DNA from: Conidiobolus incongruus B7586
Lineage: Eukaryota
Assembly: GCA_000697335.1 (NCBI GenBank)
Contig: JNEM01012695.1
Location: 1 to 61,254, forward strand
Length of the DNA stretch: 61,254 bases
Direction: 5' to 3'
In this document: one piece after another, positions 12,732 to 26,102 of the stretch
How the letters are laid out: every line of letters starts with the position of its first letter
Position numbering within the stretch: the first letter of the stretch is position 1
Notes under the pieces: model-generated
Told to the model about the DNA's origin: nothing
The model's database searches: none
Seen by the model: only the letters and a program-made list of their open reading frames with translations
Made by a program: the position numbers and the translations under genes

Positions 12732-14684
12732 TTAATGAATTGGAGACCCTGGCAAGCCTGCAGCGTCCATAAGCATGGATCTTAGCAGGTGTGTCATGTC
12801 CTCCAATCGATCTTGCCCCCCGCTTACTAGCGTGATCATGAGTGCACTTTTGTTGCGGAATCTTACTACTTCAAGTTCGACGGTGCAACTCAGCTTGTCT
12901 AGAAGATCCTCCTCTTGATTTTGGTTCAAGCTGGGGCTGTATTGACACAGGAACTTGGTACTCTCGTTGGCATGCGTGCGAATATAGGGAAGACCCACTT
13001 TCTGAAGAACTACTTCAAGCTCCTTTTCAAGTTGATGTGGAGTGAGTTTGGAAAGAATCACAGGGTTCTCCTGAAGCGATTGAGCTAGCGTGATCTTTCT
13101 ATAGTCACGATGTGACTGAATGAATGGGAACTGAGTCAATGTCTGCTGTGCAATGGATGGCATTTGCATTTGGGAAGGACTATCCATTGGCATCTCGGTG
13201 TCGTGGGGACTATTAGAATTGGTCCTCGGAACCTGGATGCCTTGGTTAGAAAGTCGAGAATTCAACCCGCTGGATGGCGACATTGGGCGTAAATCGTGGT
13301 GGGGAATTGTTGGTGATAGGAGTGCATGTAAGCCTTCATGGAGTTCTGGTTCCAGTGCTAATCTTTCAATGTCTGTTGGCGCCAATGTTCCAGATCCTTG
13401 TGCCTGAAGCATTGACCGGAATTCTCCACTTTGGCTGCGATGGACTTGAACTTGCTTTTGGAGTGAATTTTGAACTAAATAATATATTGCAACCAGAGGA
13501 GTGGTTTGGCAAAGGACATGCTCATTGTCCTCCTCTTCTCCACCTTGAATTTCAATGATAAGCTGTTGCTTGATCACTTCTGTGGGTAAGAACAGACAAG
13601 CTTGCATATTTTCCAACACTTGGTCGTTTAGTACTTTGGGCAATCTCATTTTCCCTTGTGTCTTGGGATTGAAGAGATGTCGATTAACATAAAATGATCC
13701 TCCCTTGCCAGATTCCTCAACCACTAGCATATTGTATCCCTTTTTCACTAAGGGATGTTGTTGGAGATGATATGTGTCAATTCTGAGTTTCCTGTTGGGA
13801 ATGAGACATTTTGAAATACAATCATGAGCCAATTTGGACATAGTAGGTGGATAGTTAACTTGACTGTTCATGATAGTCCAATAGTTGTTATGTATTCTAG
13901 GGTCTCCAAATGGGAGACTTCCGGTGAGCATTGTGAATAATACCACTCCCAGCGACCATATATCAATCTCTGGACCGATATATTTATCACCCCTCAAGAT
14001 TTCGGGTGCAGTGTATGGGATGGTACCACAGCTGGTATTCAAGTGACTTGTTGGATCATAAAAATTAGCTAAGCCAAAATCAATCAATTTAATGCGATCT
14101 TCACTATCTACCATAATGTTCTCTATTTTGATATCTCTATGGACGACGCTATGACGATGGCAGTATGCAAGAGCATCGACCAGCTGTGCGAGATATTTGC
14201 AAGCTCTTGACTCGCTCATACCATGAGAAGGAATACATTCTGCCAGCTGAATACCTTGAACATAGTCGAAAAAAAGGTAAAAATGAGATGGTGAAGTTCT
14301 GAAATCCCTCAATTTGACAAGGTTAGGATGGTCAAGCAACTTTGCTAAATTCGCCTCTCTCTGGATACGAATCTTCAAAGTGATCCTTCTCTTCTTCATA
14401 GTAGCCTCTCTCACTATGGGATCTTCTTCCTCTTCTTCCTTCTTCTTATCCTTCTTGCGATTTCTCCTCACTATTTTGACAGCTTGCTAAATCAACCTCA
14501 TTAATAACACATACATCAAATATCAATAATCAATTACTTTTTCATTATTAACCAAATTTGTGACCAATTTAACCTTGCCATAACTACCTTCTCCAATAGT
14601 TTTTAACACTTTAAATTCACCTAAAGGTGTTCTAAAAACTGTTGGCTTGGGTTCATCCAAAGAAACAGTCACAGCTGACAACAT
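12732..14684 (-). CDS. Kin1/MARK-like (CAMKL) Ser/Thr kinase with probable C-terminal KA1 domain, ~633 aa
   Basis: Exon 1 14684-14538 (MLSAV...IGEGSYGKVKLV), exon 2 14486-12732. Motifs QAVK, HRDIKIEN, DFGLANFY, CGTIPYTAPE, DIWSLGV. A charged insert lies before helix C, as in fungal Kin1/2. The C-terminus resembles KA1 (LSKLTPHQLEKELEVVL...FLCQY...VELEVVRF). Confidence 0.88.
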
Positions 14685-16983
14685 GATTTAATGGTAATAT
14701 GAATTAATGTGAAATTCTAAAAATGAAATTTTATGAAATGATATGAGTAGAAAAAATGAATAACACAAAGACTAATTTCTACCAAATCAAATGAATATCG
14801 AAGGCACAAAATCCAAGTATATATAGATGTTATAAATTATATATTGGAAAGAAAGACCAGATATATAAATAGCAAAAAATTTTAATCTATTTGATTACCT
14901 GTATAATCTTCCCATTAAAATTAACTAAACCTAAATTAGCACCAATTTTGAAATTTTCCTAAGTTTTAAGCCATTAAATTCAGTATAATTTTATAAATTT
15001 AAATTTGAGACTATTGGATTATTGAAATTAGGTTAAATTTTATTCAATAAAATTTTAAAACTGAATAAATTAGGTACTAAAACGGATTATCATAAGTTTT
15101 AAGAAGGGTTTCAGAATTTTTGTATGATTTTACTGGGATAATTTATAAGTTTAAATGATTATTTTTTTATTTAACTTTTAACAATAATGAAGTCATTTAT
15201 TTGAATTACTTATGTCTATTGATATATTTAATTGATAAATTATATTAAATTAACTAATGAATATATAATATTAATTTTCATATTGATGCTTATCAATTTT
15301 ATTAAAAAATTTTTTTAAAATTATTATTTAATGATCATTATTTAAAATAAAAAAGTTTGAATTTATTACTAATTTTAGAAATATTTTAAAACTATATCTT
15401 AGATCAAAAATGTAATTAATATAATAGTTTAAAAATTGAAATTATATTAATTAGAAAAGTTAATAAATTAAATTATTATAATGATTTCAGTTATTAAATA
15501 GTTTAGATTTATAATCCTGTTAGATTGATAAAATCTATGATAATCAATAAAACAATTATCAAGTATTTTGGTTTATTTTTTAATCTAAATTAATATACAT
15601 GGAACGAAAAATGAGCAATTATAAATTAAGGTTTAAATGATATTAGGTTTATTCAATTTGAAGTTTATATTCGCTAAATTTTCTCAGTTATGTTATCGAT
15701 GTTTTTGAATCCGATAAATAATTTCGCATATCAAATATGTGTATTTTCAATGCTGTTCAATCTTAAGAGTGATAACAAATAATAGAATATGTAAGATTTT
15801 AAGTTTACTTTATTACTAATATATTAATTATCAAATATTAATTATTTTCAATTGATATTCTATATTCAAATTATATGTACCAATTAAAAAAACAAAAAAT
15901 TAATAAAATTTTTAAACTTTGGAATATATTAGTAGATTAAATTAATATTAATCCTATATTAAATGAAAAAATTAATAATATATTGAATTATTATTAAATT
16001 ATTAATTATCACAATTTAAATAAGTTTAAAATATTTTGATCATTGAAAAGGTTGAATTATAATTTTGTTCAAATTTTATGTAAATTGAAATAAAATATAC
16101 TCGTATTATTGTAATTATTTGATTTTTATTTAATATACATATATTCCTTTAAAATTGAAATTTTTTCACTAATATTAATTCGATTTGGCTTCAAAAAATT
16201 ATAACAGATGAAAATTATAATGAAATATTAAGTGTTTCAATTTAAATTTTAATCTTCAATAAAAACAGATAATGATAGTTAATTAATAATTTATATTTTT
16301 CATTATTAACATTAATCAACCAACGTAAATACTATCGTTTATATAATTCTCCTATTTTATACAATTTGCAATAAAATTATCCCTTTTCCAAATATTTTGA
16401 ATAAATATATTTTATTACCCCAATATTTCCTAGTTGGACAATTAATTATTTAAATAAATAATAATATCTATGATAAATTGGTTATTATGATATTGTTTGA
16501 ATAATTTAAAATATTTTGATTGATATAAGTATATTTAATAGCAATGATATTACTGTATTAGTATTAATATGTATGCAACAAAATATAGCTCAGGAGTTTT
16601 ACAGGGCACCGCAATAGGAGACAGAATCTTTTTAAAAACTTTTACTAACCAAAAATATGACTAACAATGAGAAACGAATTTCCCCTTCTATTGTAAACAA
16701 TGTTAAATTTAACAAAATTTTTTTCAAATAATGAATCACAATTTACTTGATATTCAGCATATACCTATTAGATATAGAAATTGTGGTATTAGTTACTGTT
16801 ATATTGAGCATAATATTTTATTTATATTCGTTTTACTATACCCGTTGAGAAAATTCGACATAATCTTAAGGAGAGTTGGTCATCGAGTTACTGATTAATA
16901 TATAAACTGGATAGAAGTAACAGGTATCAAATATAAATCTTTAATAACTTAATTTATCTAATTCCTAATTTAATTTTTTCATC

Positions 16984-17547
16984 ATGAACTTTAAATTGTC
17001 TGCCATTGTTGCTCTTTTCGTCTCCTCTTCCTTGTGTGCTCCTGTCTCTAACAACTACACTCCAATTACTCCTCCTCAAGGAGCCGCTACCTGGGGCAAT
17101 ACATCGCAATCACAATCTACAACCACCCAAAGTGAGAAATGGGACACAGAGAATCACTCAGGATACTCAGCTAACTGGGGCAGCCAATTGACTAACTATG
17201 GAGCTCAAGGAAGTACTTACAATAATCAAAATTCCGTCCAATCCCTCGATCAAATTCTCGCCACTATTTTTCAGACCAACTCCGGATCCCAAAATGGCGC
17301 CAACGGATCTCAATCCACTACTGCTGGAGGCCAAGTTTCAACAAATCAATCTAACCAAAGCCAAGGCTCCAATCAGAGCACCAGTTTCAACACAGTAGGA
17401 TCCCAAGGTAATGTGTACTTCAACCAGCAGCAATATCAGGGCGGAAGTTCCACCAGCACTAAGACTTCGACCAGTCAATCAGGAAATTCGGGTTCATCCT
17501 GGTATATTCCAGCCACCTATCCTGTCTATGGATGGTTTTACTATTAG
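16984..17547 (+). CDS. Secreted Ser/Gln/Asn/Gly/Thr-rich orphan protein, 187 aa
   Basis: Intronless ORF with coding-like GC. Signal peptide MNFKLSAIVALFVSSSLC|AP, low-charge polar body, aromatic C-terminus WYIPATYPVYGWFYY. Confidence 0.85.
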   Translation: MNFKLSAIVALFVSSSLCAPVSNNYTPITPPQGAATWGNTSQSQSTTTQSEKWDTENHSGYSANWGSQLTNYGAQGSTYNNQNSVQSLDQILATIFQTNSGSQNGANGSQSTTAGGQVSTNQSNQSQGSNQSTSFNTVGSQGNVYFNQQQYQGGSSTSTKTSTSQSGNSGSSWYIPATYPVYGWFYY

Positions 17548-18972
17548 TTAATCAGCTCTACATAATTTATTCTCAAAGTGATAGCATTTTAATTTAATAA
17601 AAGCACGATATTAATGGATGCATTATGAATTAAAATAAAATAATTAATTACATTTAAATTTTAATTTTAAATAATTTTTATAAAATTTGATAATAATATA
17701 AATAATAAAAATTAATATCAATTCATAAAATTATTATCTATTTGAGTTAATGTGTTTTAATAATTGATTATTAACCAATATTTTTAAATAATATCATTTT
17801 TATAATTTTATAAAATTTATTATTTAATCATTTTATAATATTGAAAAAGATCAAAGTTTATAAAGATTTTAAATTTTAAATAATTAATAATAATTAAGGA
17901 TTATTCATTTGAATTTTATTTAATTCTGATACTAATTCTTTGCATACAATTAATATTAATTGAATTTTGTTGAATATTTAATAGATTGGCAATACAAATT
18001 AATTCCAAATAATTATAAGTTTTGTATAATTATTAAATTATATAATATATGATTTGAACTTATGTTTTTTATTTTGATTAATTATCATTTTGTAAATATT
18101 TCATTTTATATGATGTTACTATTTATAATTGATCATGTTTAATTCTTTTTATTGATGAATTGTATTCTAATCATTCAAGAATATATATTCGTTGCTATTA
18201 CCTTCATGGTTATTAGCCTTAAATATATTTGAATCTTTGTGTATATATATATATAATATATAACCGATATTATTTTATAATTGTTATTTTTCAAATTATC
18301 CAAATTTAACAATATTCAGATTGAATATATAATGTATGAATTATTGAAACTACATTGATACAATAATTTACATAAGCAAAATTATTAATATATTAATTAG
18401 AAAATCAATTAATCATTTTAAAAAAATATTAATTTTATAATATGATCAAATTATTTCAAATATCATTTAAATTTTTATTATAATTTATTTATTTTTAAAA
18501 TTTGACAATTAAAATGAAATCATGAAACTTAATAAAAAATTTAACTGATCATAATTTATGTAAAATAAACTGAAAATTTTAATATTTAATATTAAAATAG
18601 TATCAATACTAGATTAATTATAAAATATTGTCTCATTAACTTTCTGTTGGAATAATATCATCAATTATATTTCTGATATATATTAGAGCAATTAATGAAA
18701 GTACAATTCAATTGAGTTGAATTCATATCAAATATTTTAATTTAATATCAATTATCATCTAATTATTTTACTTCCATTTAAAGTTAAATGCAGTATTTTT
18801 TTAAATGAAAAGGTGGTTACTAATTAAATATACTTTATATGATTAATTTTCAATTTAATTTACTTAAATTAATAATATTATATTATATGAAATATAATTC
18901 AAAATTTGGAATAATAAGTGTGGATAATAATGATTAGATTTAATTAGCAATATATTTTACTTTATTATTTGA

Positions 18973-19830
18973 ATATTTGGTTCTTTGATTATTATAGTCA
19001 ATGTATTATTAATTTTTATAATCTTTGCAAAGTTTGATGTCAAATCTACAGAGATCAAATTAATTTCTTTATTGACACATTTGAGTTGATATCAGGGTTT
19101 GAGTATTTAGCTATTTCAATCGCCAAATTATCGTTAGGATAAAGCTAGTTTGATGGTGGGAGTGTAGCTTGCCACGTGTACGACTTCACATTGCAAAGGA
19201 CTTCAATGGTCGAAATTACTATAGTTGCTTTATTGTCATCATTGAAAAATCTTTAGATTATTGGATTTTGATATTACTTATATCAATTGCATCAGTGCTG
19301 CTACTTATTAAAGTGGGTCTATTAATAATGATGCAAATCCATCCCCCTCACATCTGTTTTATATTCTTTTTGTAATACCTGTGAAAGTATTTTCATTAAT
19401 GACGGTTATTATATGGTTTTTAATTATTGTACTGTGTTGGGTTATTACTTTTTGTTACTTTACATCTAAGTTTCAAAACCAGCAAATAGTTGAACACTAA
19501 TAAACGAAGTTATTTTAAATAATGGCTTGGATCTTTTAGAAATTGTCAAAACAAAAATATAAATTATTTATTCAATTACTATTGACATTTATAGTATACA
19601 ATGTGAACTTTATGTTATTTTATATAAACTTTATTCTAAAATACGCAATTAGATATAAAAACTTACTGTGAATGCCATCGTTTTTATATCAATCACTTCA
19701 CCTGTCCTAATTAACCCCATCATCACTGTTGTATTTCAAACTGAACACAATAATGAATTTTTACACTTGTTGGTGAGATATCAAATTCAATTTAAAAAAA
19801 TGATTATAAAATTAATAAAAAAATATAATA
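18973..19830 (+). pseudogene. Rhodopsin/class-A-like GPCR pseudogene
   Basis: Read across frameshifts and stops: TM1 IFGSLIIIVNVLLIFIIF, ICL1/TM2 KSTEIKLISLL, ECL1-TM3 cysteine FDGGSVACHVY followed by EITIVALLS, an ECL2 cysteine (PSPHICF), and TM7/helix 8 NAIVFISITSPVLINPIITVVFQTEHNNEF. Confidence 0.7.
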
Positions 19831-20029
19831 TATTTGTTATAGTAACTATAATCATTTATTATAATTCTTTATTAAAAATAATTTACAAAAGTTATTAATA
19901 TTTTTGAATTGATTCAAATTTAAAATTAAATTAAATTGAAATTAAAATATACTATAAAATAAAAATTTTATAATACTTTATTCTAAAATTTTTATACAAA
20001 GTTATATAAATAATGGTAACCAATAAAAT

Positions 20030-20051
20030 TATATATATATATATATATATA
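20030..20051. repeat. (AT)n microsatellite
   Basis: Pure TA dinucleotide run. Similar runs occur at ~32028-32056, ~32542-32563 and ~52083-52101. Confidence 0.85.
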
Positions 20052-20281
20052 TTCTATTTTGTTAAAAAATGATATTGATCTATCAATATAATTCAACAAT
20101 ACCAACTTTAATAACTTGATAACAAGAATATACTTATGATATTATAATCGAAGATATTTATTATTATTAACTTAATTATCTAATATATATTCGTATAATT
20201 AAAATTGAAACCCAAAAAATTAATTTACATTCTAAAACCAATACGGTTAATGTCATGATATATTAACTATCCAATTGTAAC

Positions 20282-21181
20282 TTACTGTTTTAAATTCCAT
20301 TTGAAATTTAAATAATCTTCGGGATGTTCATAATTTTCAATTGTGGGCTGAATTTGGTCCACTGTGTCAATAAATTGCATCAAGTCCTTGTGGCTAGCCT
20401 TAATGAAGCCGTGCTCGGTCATGGAGTAGATCAATTGTTTGAGAGGGTTGTAGATTTCTAGGACATTGAGTACGATGACGGGTTTGGAGTGAATGCCCAA
20501 TTGGCCCCTAATCCATTGGTTAATATATTAAAAGAGAATTTTATGATGACTGATTACCATGTTGTCATTTCGAGTAGTTCTTCGAGTGTACCGTATCCAC
20601 CTGGTAGGGTGAGGAAAGCAATAGACTGTGAAATATATGATCAGAAATTATATTACTCATTATGATTCATATAATTACCTTAGAATGCATCAAAGCCTTT
20701 CTAGTATGCATATCGGGAACAACGATAATTTCACCATATCCTTTATCATCTCTACCAACTAAATATAAATGATTAAAATTTGATTAATATTGATATATGA
20801 TCAAATATACTTACTGCACATAGCTTCAGGAATAACTGAAATTACAGAACCGCCATTCTAATTAATTATGGTTTAATAACATCAATATATAATAGTGTAT
20901 TTTTGACTTACATCGATGACAGCTTTAGCAACGGTACCCATAATACCCTTTTTACCACCACCTAAATCAATTTAGAAAATCAATTTTTAAATAATAGATA
21001 AATAAATTACCATAAACTAAACCATAGTTATGTTTAGCTAAATAAGCTCCAACCTCTAACCCATTATTAATATCACAAATATATATGATTCAATTTTTAA
21101 TTTACCTTTGGCAACTTCCAAATATTTGGGGTCATTACCGTCGCTACTACCACAAAATACGCAAATATATTGAGCTGCCAT
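20282..21181 (-). CDS. LOG1: LOG (Lonely Guy) family cytokinin riboside/nucleotide 5'-monophosphate phosphoribohydrolase, ~195 aa
   Basis: Seven exons: 21181-21106, 21055-21011, 20961-20912, 20857-20815, 20758-20679, 20625-20558, 20507-20282. Motifs ICVFCGSS.G, LVYGGG..GIMG, MHTRKALM, PGGYGTLEE and WGQLGIHSKPV. Confidence 0.95.
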
Positions 21182-23370
21182 CTCTATTATTTTTTAAGTT
21201 TCTATTCCTAATATTAATTATTATTAATAAATTGATTGAATTATTTTTACTTTGATAATAATTTATTTTATTAAAAACAATGATTAAGTAGTTCAATGAT
21301 CTAATTTTATACTTTGATTTAAATTCACATTGAATTAAGGGTTCTAGTTATTTTTTTAAAATTAATTTGAATAATTTTTTTCCTTGATACTCATAGATGC
21401 CTAGTATATGATAAAGTTTATAGATATTGCCTTTTTTATCAATATTTATCGGTTTTTTGATTGTGGGTTGATTTTTTAAGGTAATTTTACCGTAATTGAA
21501 TAAAAGATCGTAACTCCTTTTTAGTTGATCTAAACTTTTGATTAATCTTTAATTAAAAAAATTTAAAAATTTAATTTTTCAAACTATAATATTAACTCAT
21601 GTTTATATCTTGAAAGCTTATAATCTATTTAATATGATGTACACAAGAATTAAAAGATTAATAATGCACATAGAATTGTCATGTGAAATTTTTGAATGGA
21701 TAATTAATGGATGAATTAATTGAAAAACTACTCAATCATGTGTTTAATGAGTATATACTAAAAATTGTTCATAGCTCGGGTTGATTGTTATAAAAATTGT
21801 ATGATTTTATCGGATAGACTTGTTTTGTTTGAATGTGACCAGCTTGTACAGCGTGAATTTTTTAATTTTATGCATCAGGTCTGGCTAAATAAATCATATT
21901 CTAGGACTTTATTGTCGAATTAACTAGTCATGTCATATAAATCCAAAGATCTATCATTGTTTTAAATAGATCATTTGAAAATATGTATTACTAAATTTTT
22001 CATAATAATTGATTTATTAGTCATATTATATTATAGGAAAATTTGGTTATTCAAATCATACGAAATTCTTAAATTTATATTTGAGAAATAAACTATCAAC
22101 ATTAAAAGAAATCCCTCTATTAAGTATTTTATGGAACTCTAGTAATAATATTGGTTATTTAAAAAAATTATTTGATTATATTTAAAGTATTAGTATGAAT
22201 TATATTTTTTTAAATTGTCTGAAATTAATCTAGAGAACAACATTTGAATATATTCAGCACGTTGGTCATTTTTTAAAATATATTAAATTTATCGATTTTT
22301 GAATTTTTCTTATTTTTATAACATTAACGTTTATTTCAATAATTTAAAATTGATAAATGCGATGAAAGAGTTATATAGTGTAATAATAAGATGGATATAC
22401 TAAAATTGGTATAATCATTATAACATTTCTATGGTTAAACTTGTTTTAATTAGCATCTTAAGTTTTCAAAAGAATCATTCCAATTTTTCAACAGAAAGAT
22501 CAGTGTTACTTACACTTTATCATTTGATTACTTTAAACAACATTATTGATTGTAATTGATTTTATTCTGTGATAATATCATTATGATAATTTTAATAAAA
22601 AATTTAAGCTAAAAATTCAATCAATTAAGACTCTTTATCTACTTTGTGATTTGCTATTTAAATAAAGTTGAAACAATATTTATGTGAAATAATTAATAAG
22701 GAGTGTTATTAGAAAACATAGCACTTATTATTTATTTATTATTACTAAGTTTTTAGCATTTTGTACTATTTCACAATATTTTCAATTTAAGTTTCATATA
22801 CGAATAATTACTACTAATAGAAAATTGACGAAATATATTTCAATTAAAGTGTATTATATAATAAATGAATATTAGATATTTTATTAAATGTCCAAATGTT
22901 TAAAGATAGATTACTATATTTGAATTTTAACTAAAATGCAATATAATAAATTCTTGTGTGATAGAATTGATATTGAATTATTATTATGATCATATTTTAA
23001 TAGTTACTATTAGATTATAATGAAAAATTACTATTATTATTAATTTAAAATAACATTTTTAATAAAAATTAGATTAATTACTTAGACAAACTAATATTTT
23101 TATGATGAAATAATTAAACGTTTCTTCTATATTTTCAGTCTGTTATATATTTAAAAAACCAATTGGGTCATTTGATAAAACCCATAATTTATATTGAATT
23201 TATATTTAATTAAATTTGAAACCAAAAACATACCCAATTATTTAACAAAAATTATTTAAATTAGCAATTCATATATAATTAACTATTTAAATTTAATAGA
23301 ATAGCTAATATTATTCGATAGTAATAATAGTAATAAAATATATTTATTTAGACACTTTTTAAATAAAATT

Positions 23371-24150
23371 ATGAGGGCTTTGTTATATCAATCTGTTAGG
23401 AGAAATTTAAGAAATTTAAACTCCAAAAGTTTTAAATTGACTCAAATTCAGCAATATCCCACACTTAATTTATTGCGTTATCAAAGTACTTCAAACCAAG
23501 ATAATACCAATACCACCAATTCTAAGTCTCATGAAACTCCAAAGGAATCCAAAAACGAAGAACAAGAGTACACTTGGCTAGAAAAATTTGTTATAGCACT
23601 TAAATTACATAAAATCCCTCAAGCTGTACTGAATCGTCAATGTTTCCCAATCTTTGAAACGTGCTCTCAAGTTTACAATAGAGACAAAGAATTTTATACC
23701 GAAACTTTGAATATGCCTGATAACTTTCAAACTTGGGTCTCCGTAACGCAGCTTCATATTTGGATTACTATGGTCAGATTGAGAATGGAACCCGATGGTA
23801 CTAAAGTCAATCAGTATCTCGTAAATGTCTTCTTCCACTTATTGGAGGAGAAAATCCGCGATAGAGGTATTAACAGTGATCGTATTGTTAAAAACACCAT
23901 TAAGGATTTAATTTCCGGTTTTCGAGGTGCTACTATCGCTTATGACGAAGGAATGTGCAAGAGCGATGCTGTCTTAGCAGCTGCTCTCTGGCGTAATATG
24001 TTGTCAACCGTCAAGGGTGATGAAATCGATATCGGTTTAGCTTACTTAGTACGCTACGTCCGTAGTCAGCTTCAATACGTCCAAAGCATCCCCTCAGACC
24101 AATTGAAAGAAGGAGTCATACAATTTCCCAAACCCGAAAAAGTATTGTAA
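23371..24150 (+). CDS. CBP3: Ubiquinol-cytochrome c reductase assembly chaperone Cbp3/UQCC1, 259 aa
   Basis: Arg-rich mitochondrial presequence, MPDNFQTWVSVTQLHIWITMVRLR, GATIAYDEG...SDAVLAAALWRN and LVRYVRSQL. Confidence 0.95.
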   Translation: MRALLYQSVRRNLRNLNSKSFKLTQIQQYPTLNLLRYQSTSNQDNTNTTNSKSHETPKESKNEEQEYTWLEKFVIALKLHKIPQAVLNRQCFPIFETCSQVYNRDKEFYTETLNMPDNFQTWVSVTQLHIWITMVRLRMEPDGTKVNQYLVNVFFHLLEEKIRDRGINSDRIVKNTIKDLISGFRGATIAYDEGMCKSDAVLAAALWRNMLSTVKGDEIDIGLAYLVRYVRSQLQYVQSIPSDQLKEGVIQFPKPEKVL

Positions 24151-26102
24151 ACTCTAAAATATTGATTTTTCGACTATTGTCTAATACTATTGCCCTTATA
24201 AAACACTTAAGTCACAATTTGTTTAAAATAATAAATATAATTAAATTCACGTTTTTGATGAGTTGTTATATATTAATTAATATATTAATAACTTTTTTAT
24301 TTCTAATATTAACTTTAGAAAATATTAAATTAAATTAATGAATCTCAACATTTTAATAATACTAAAAGTATATCAATATTAAATTTATTCAGGGTTTATT
24401 TTTATGAAAATTCTTAAAATACATACAATTAAAGTAAGTGAATTAAAAGTTTCCTAATAAATCTTATCCTACTTAAAAATTTAATAAAATATTAAATATA
24501 TTTTATTAGTTTAATTTTTTATTATTATAGTAAAAATTTTTTTTAGTTCAATATATACTTATTTAATATTTAAAAAATTTAAAATTAATAATAATTATAA
24601 TTGATTATAATGAAATAAAAATACTAATAATCTAAGTTATAAATGCTATTAAATTGACGTTATTATCTTGTAATTTAATAGCTCCTATCATTTGATAATA
24701 AATATAATTTTTAAAAGAAATCTTTTATTATAAATATAAAAACAAATTTTGAAAATTACTCATATTCAATAATTATACTTTATAAACTTATTTTTTTATC
24801 AATCTTGAATATTTATCAATCATTAAAAATCTGATCAATTATAAAATATAGAAGTTTAATCGAAAAAATTATAAAAAATTAACTTATATCATTGAAGAAT
24901 TTAATTTTGGATCCTAGCTCAGACAAATAATCATATTTTCCTATTTCTGAAGCTTGTAATCATTCCTTATTAATGACTATGAATCAATATTTATAATAAA
25001 AAATATTAAAAATTGTTATTAGAATTTTAACAATTATTATAAAAGTTCCTATAGAGATAATGATTTAAATTGTAAAAAAAATACTAATTATTAGTGAATA
25101 TAATTCAAAAAATAAACGAAAAATGAAAATATTGATGGAATATAATCAAGTGTTGATAATGGCTATAACTTACTAACAAGTATTAATACTTGAATCAAAT
25201 TTATTGGTGTATTTTAGAATACAATGAATTTTTCACAATATGCAAATTTGGTTTTCGTTAAAGATGAGTCATATTATCAATTGTAGGATTACATAATGGA
25301 TATCATATATTCAGAATAGATAAGTTTATCGCCTATTAACGTTATTCGTATCCTTATGACGAACTCTCAATCGATGATGGTCCAAATGAGCACCATTCAA
25401 TAATTCAACACTACAAAATACAAAAATAAAGTGAATAAAATTCATACTATAAAACTTATTATTATATCTTTGATATAAAAAATTTGAACTGAATATTAAA
25501 CCCTGTAATGTATTTATAATCACTAAGGAGGTATTTAAGTGAATTAGATTCGTATTTGATTGGATCAATTTTTGAAACAAGAAATTCAATCTAACACCAT
25601 TTTGTACACATTTCTAATTATTTAAGGTTATTTTGGTTTGAAAAATTTTTTTGTTGCTTATTAATAATCAAATAATGTTTTTTTATATTTCTATAAAACA
25701 TATCATAGGAAATATATAATTTGTCAAGGATATGATTGTTGAATTATATAATAATTGATTATGTATAAGATCATTCAAACGTTACAATTTGAATCAATTG
25801 TTACAGATTTTATTTCTTTTTTATACCTTAGTAATTTAAACAATGAAATTAATATGAAAATTTAGTTTTAATTTTATTAAAAATATATACATTATTTATT
25901 TTAAAAAATATGATAACATATTCATAAATAATAAATGAAGCATCAAGCCAATCACAATTATAAAATACATATAAATAATTGAAAATGAAAATTCTAAAAA
26001 AATATTAAAATTACGATATTATTGGATTCTAAAAGAATGCCAGAGTCTATTGACCGAATCTATATGATGCAAATAGTGGCAATCCAAGGAAAGTAAAAAT
26101 AT

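Noticed and set aside
16899..16906. TATATAAA box upstream of the secreted gene
   Set aside because: Plausible position but uninformative in DNA this AT-rich.
3566..24150. NDUFS5, GEM1 and CBP3 as a mitochondrial gene cluster
   Set aside because: They are interspersed with unrelated genes over 20 kb, as expected by chance.
25326..25589. 87-aa minus-strand ORF and surrounding coding-like sequence
   Set aside because: No recognisable motif or ATG start and stops in the other frames; at most an unidentifiable relic.
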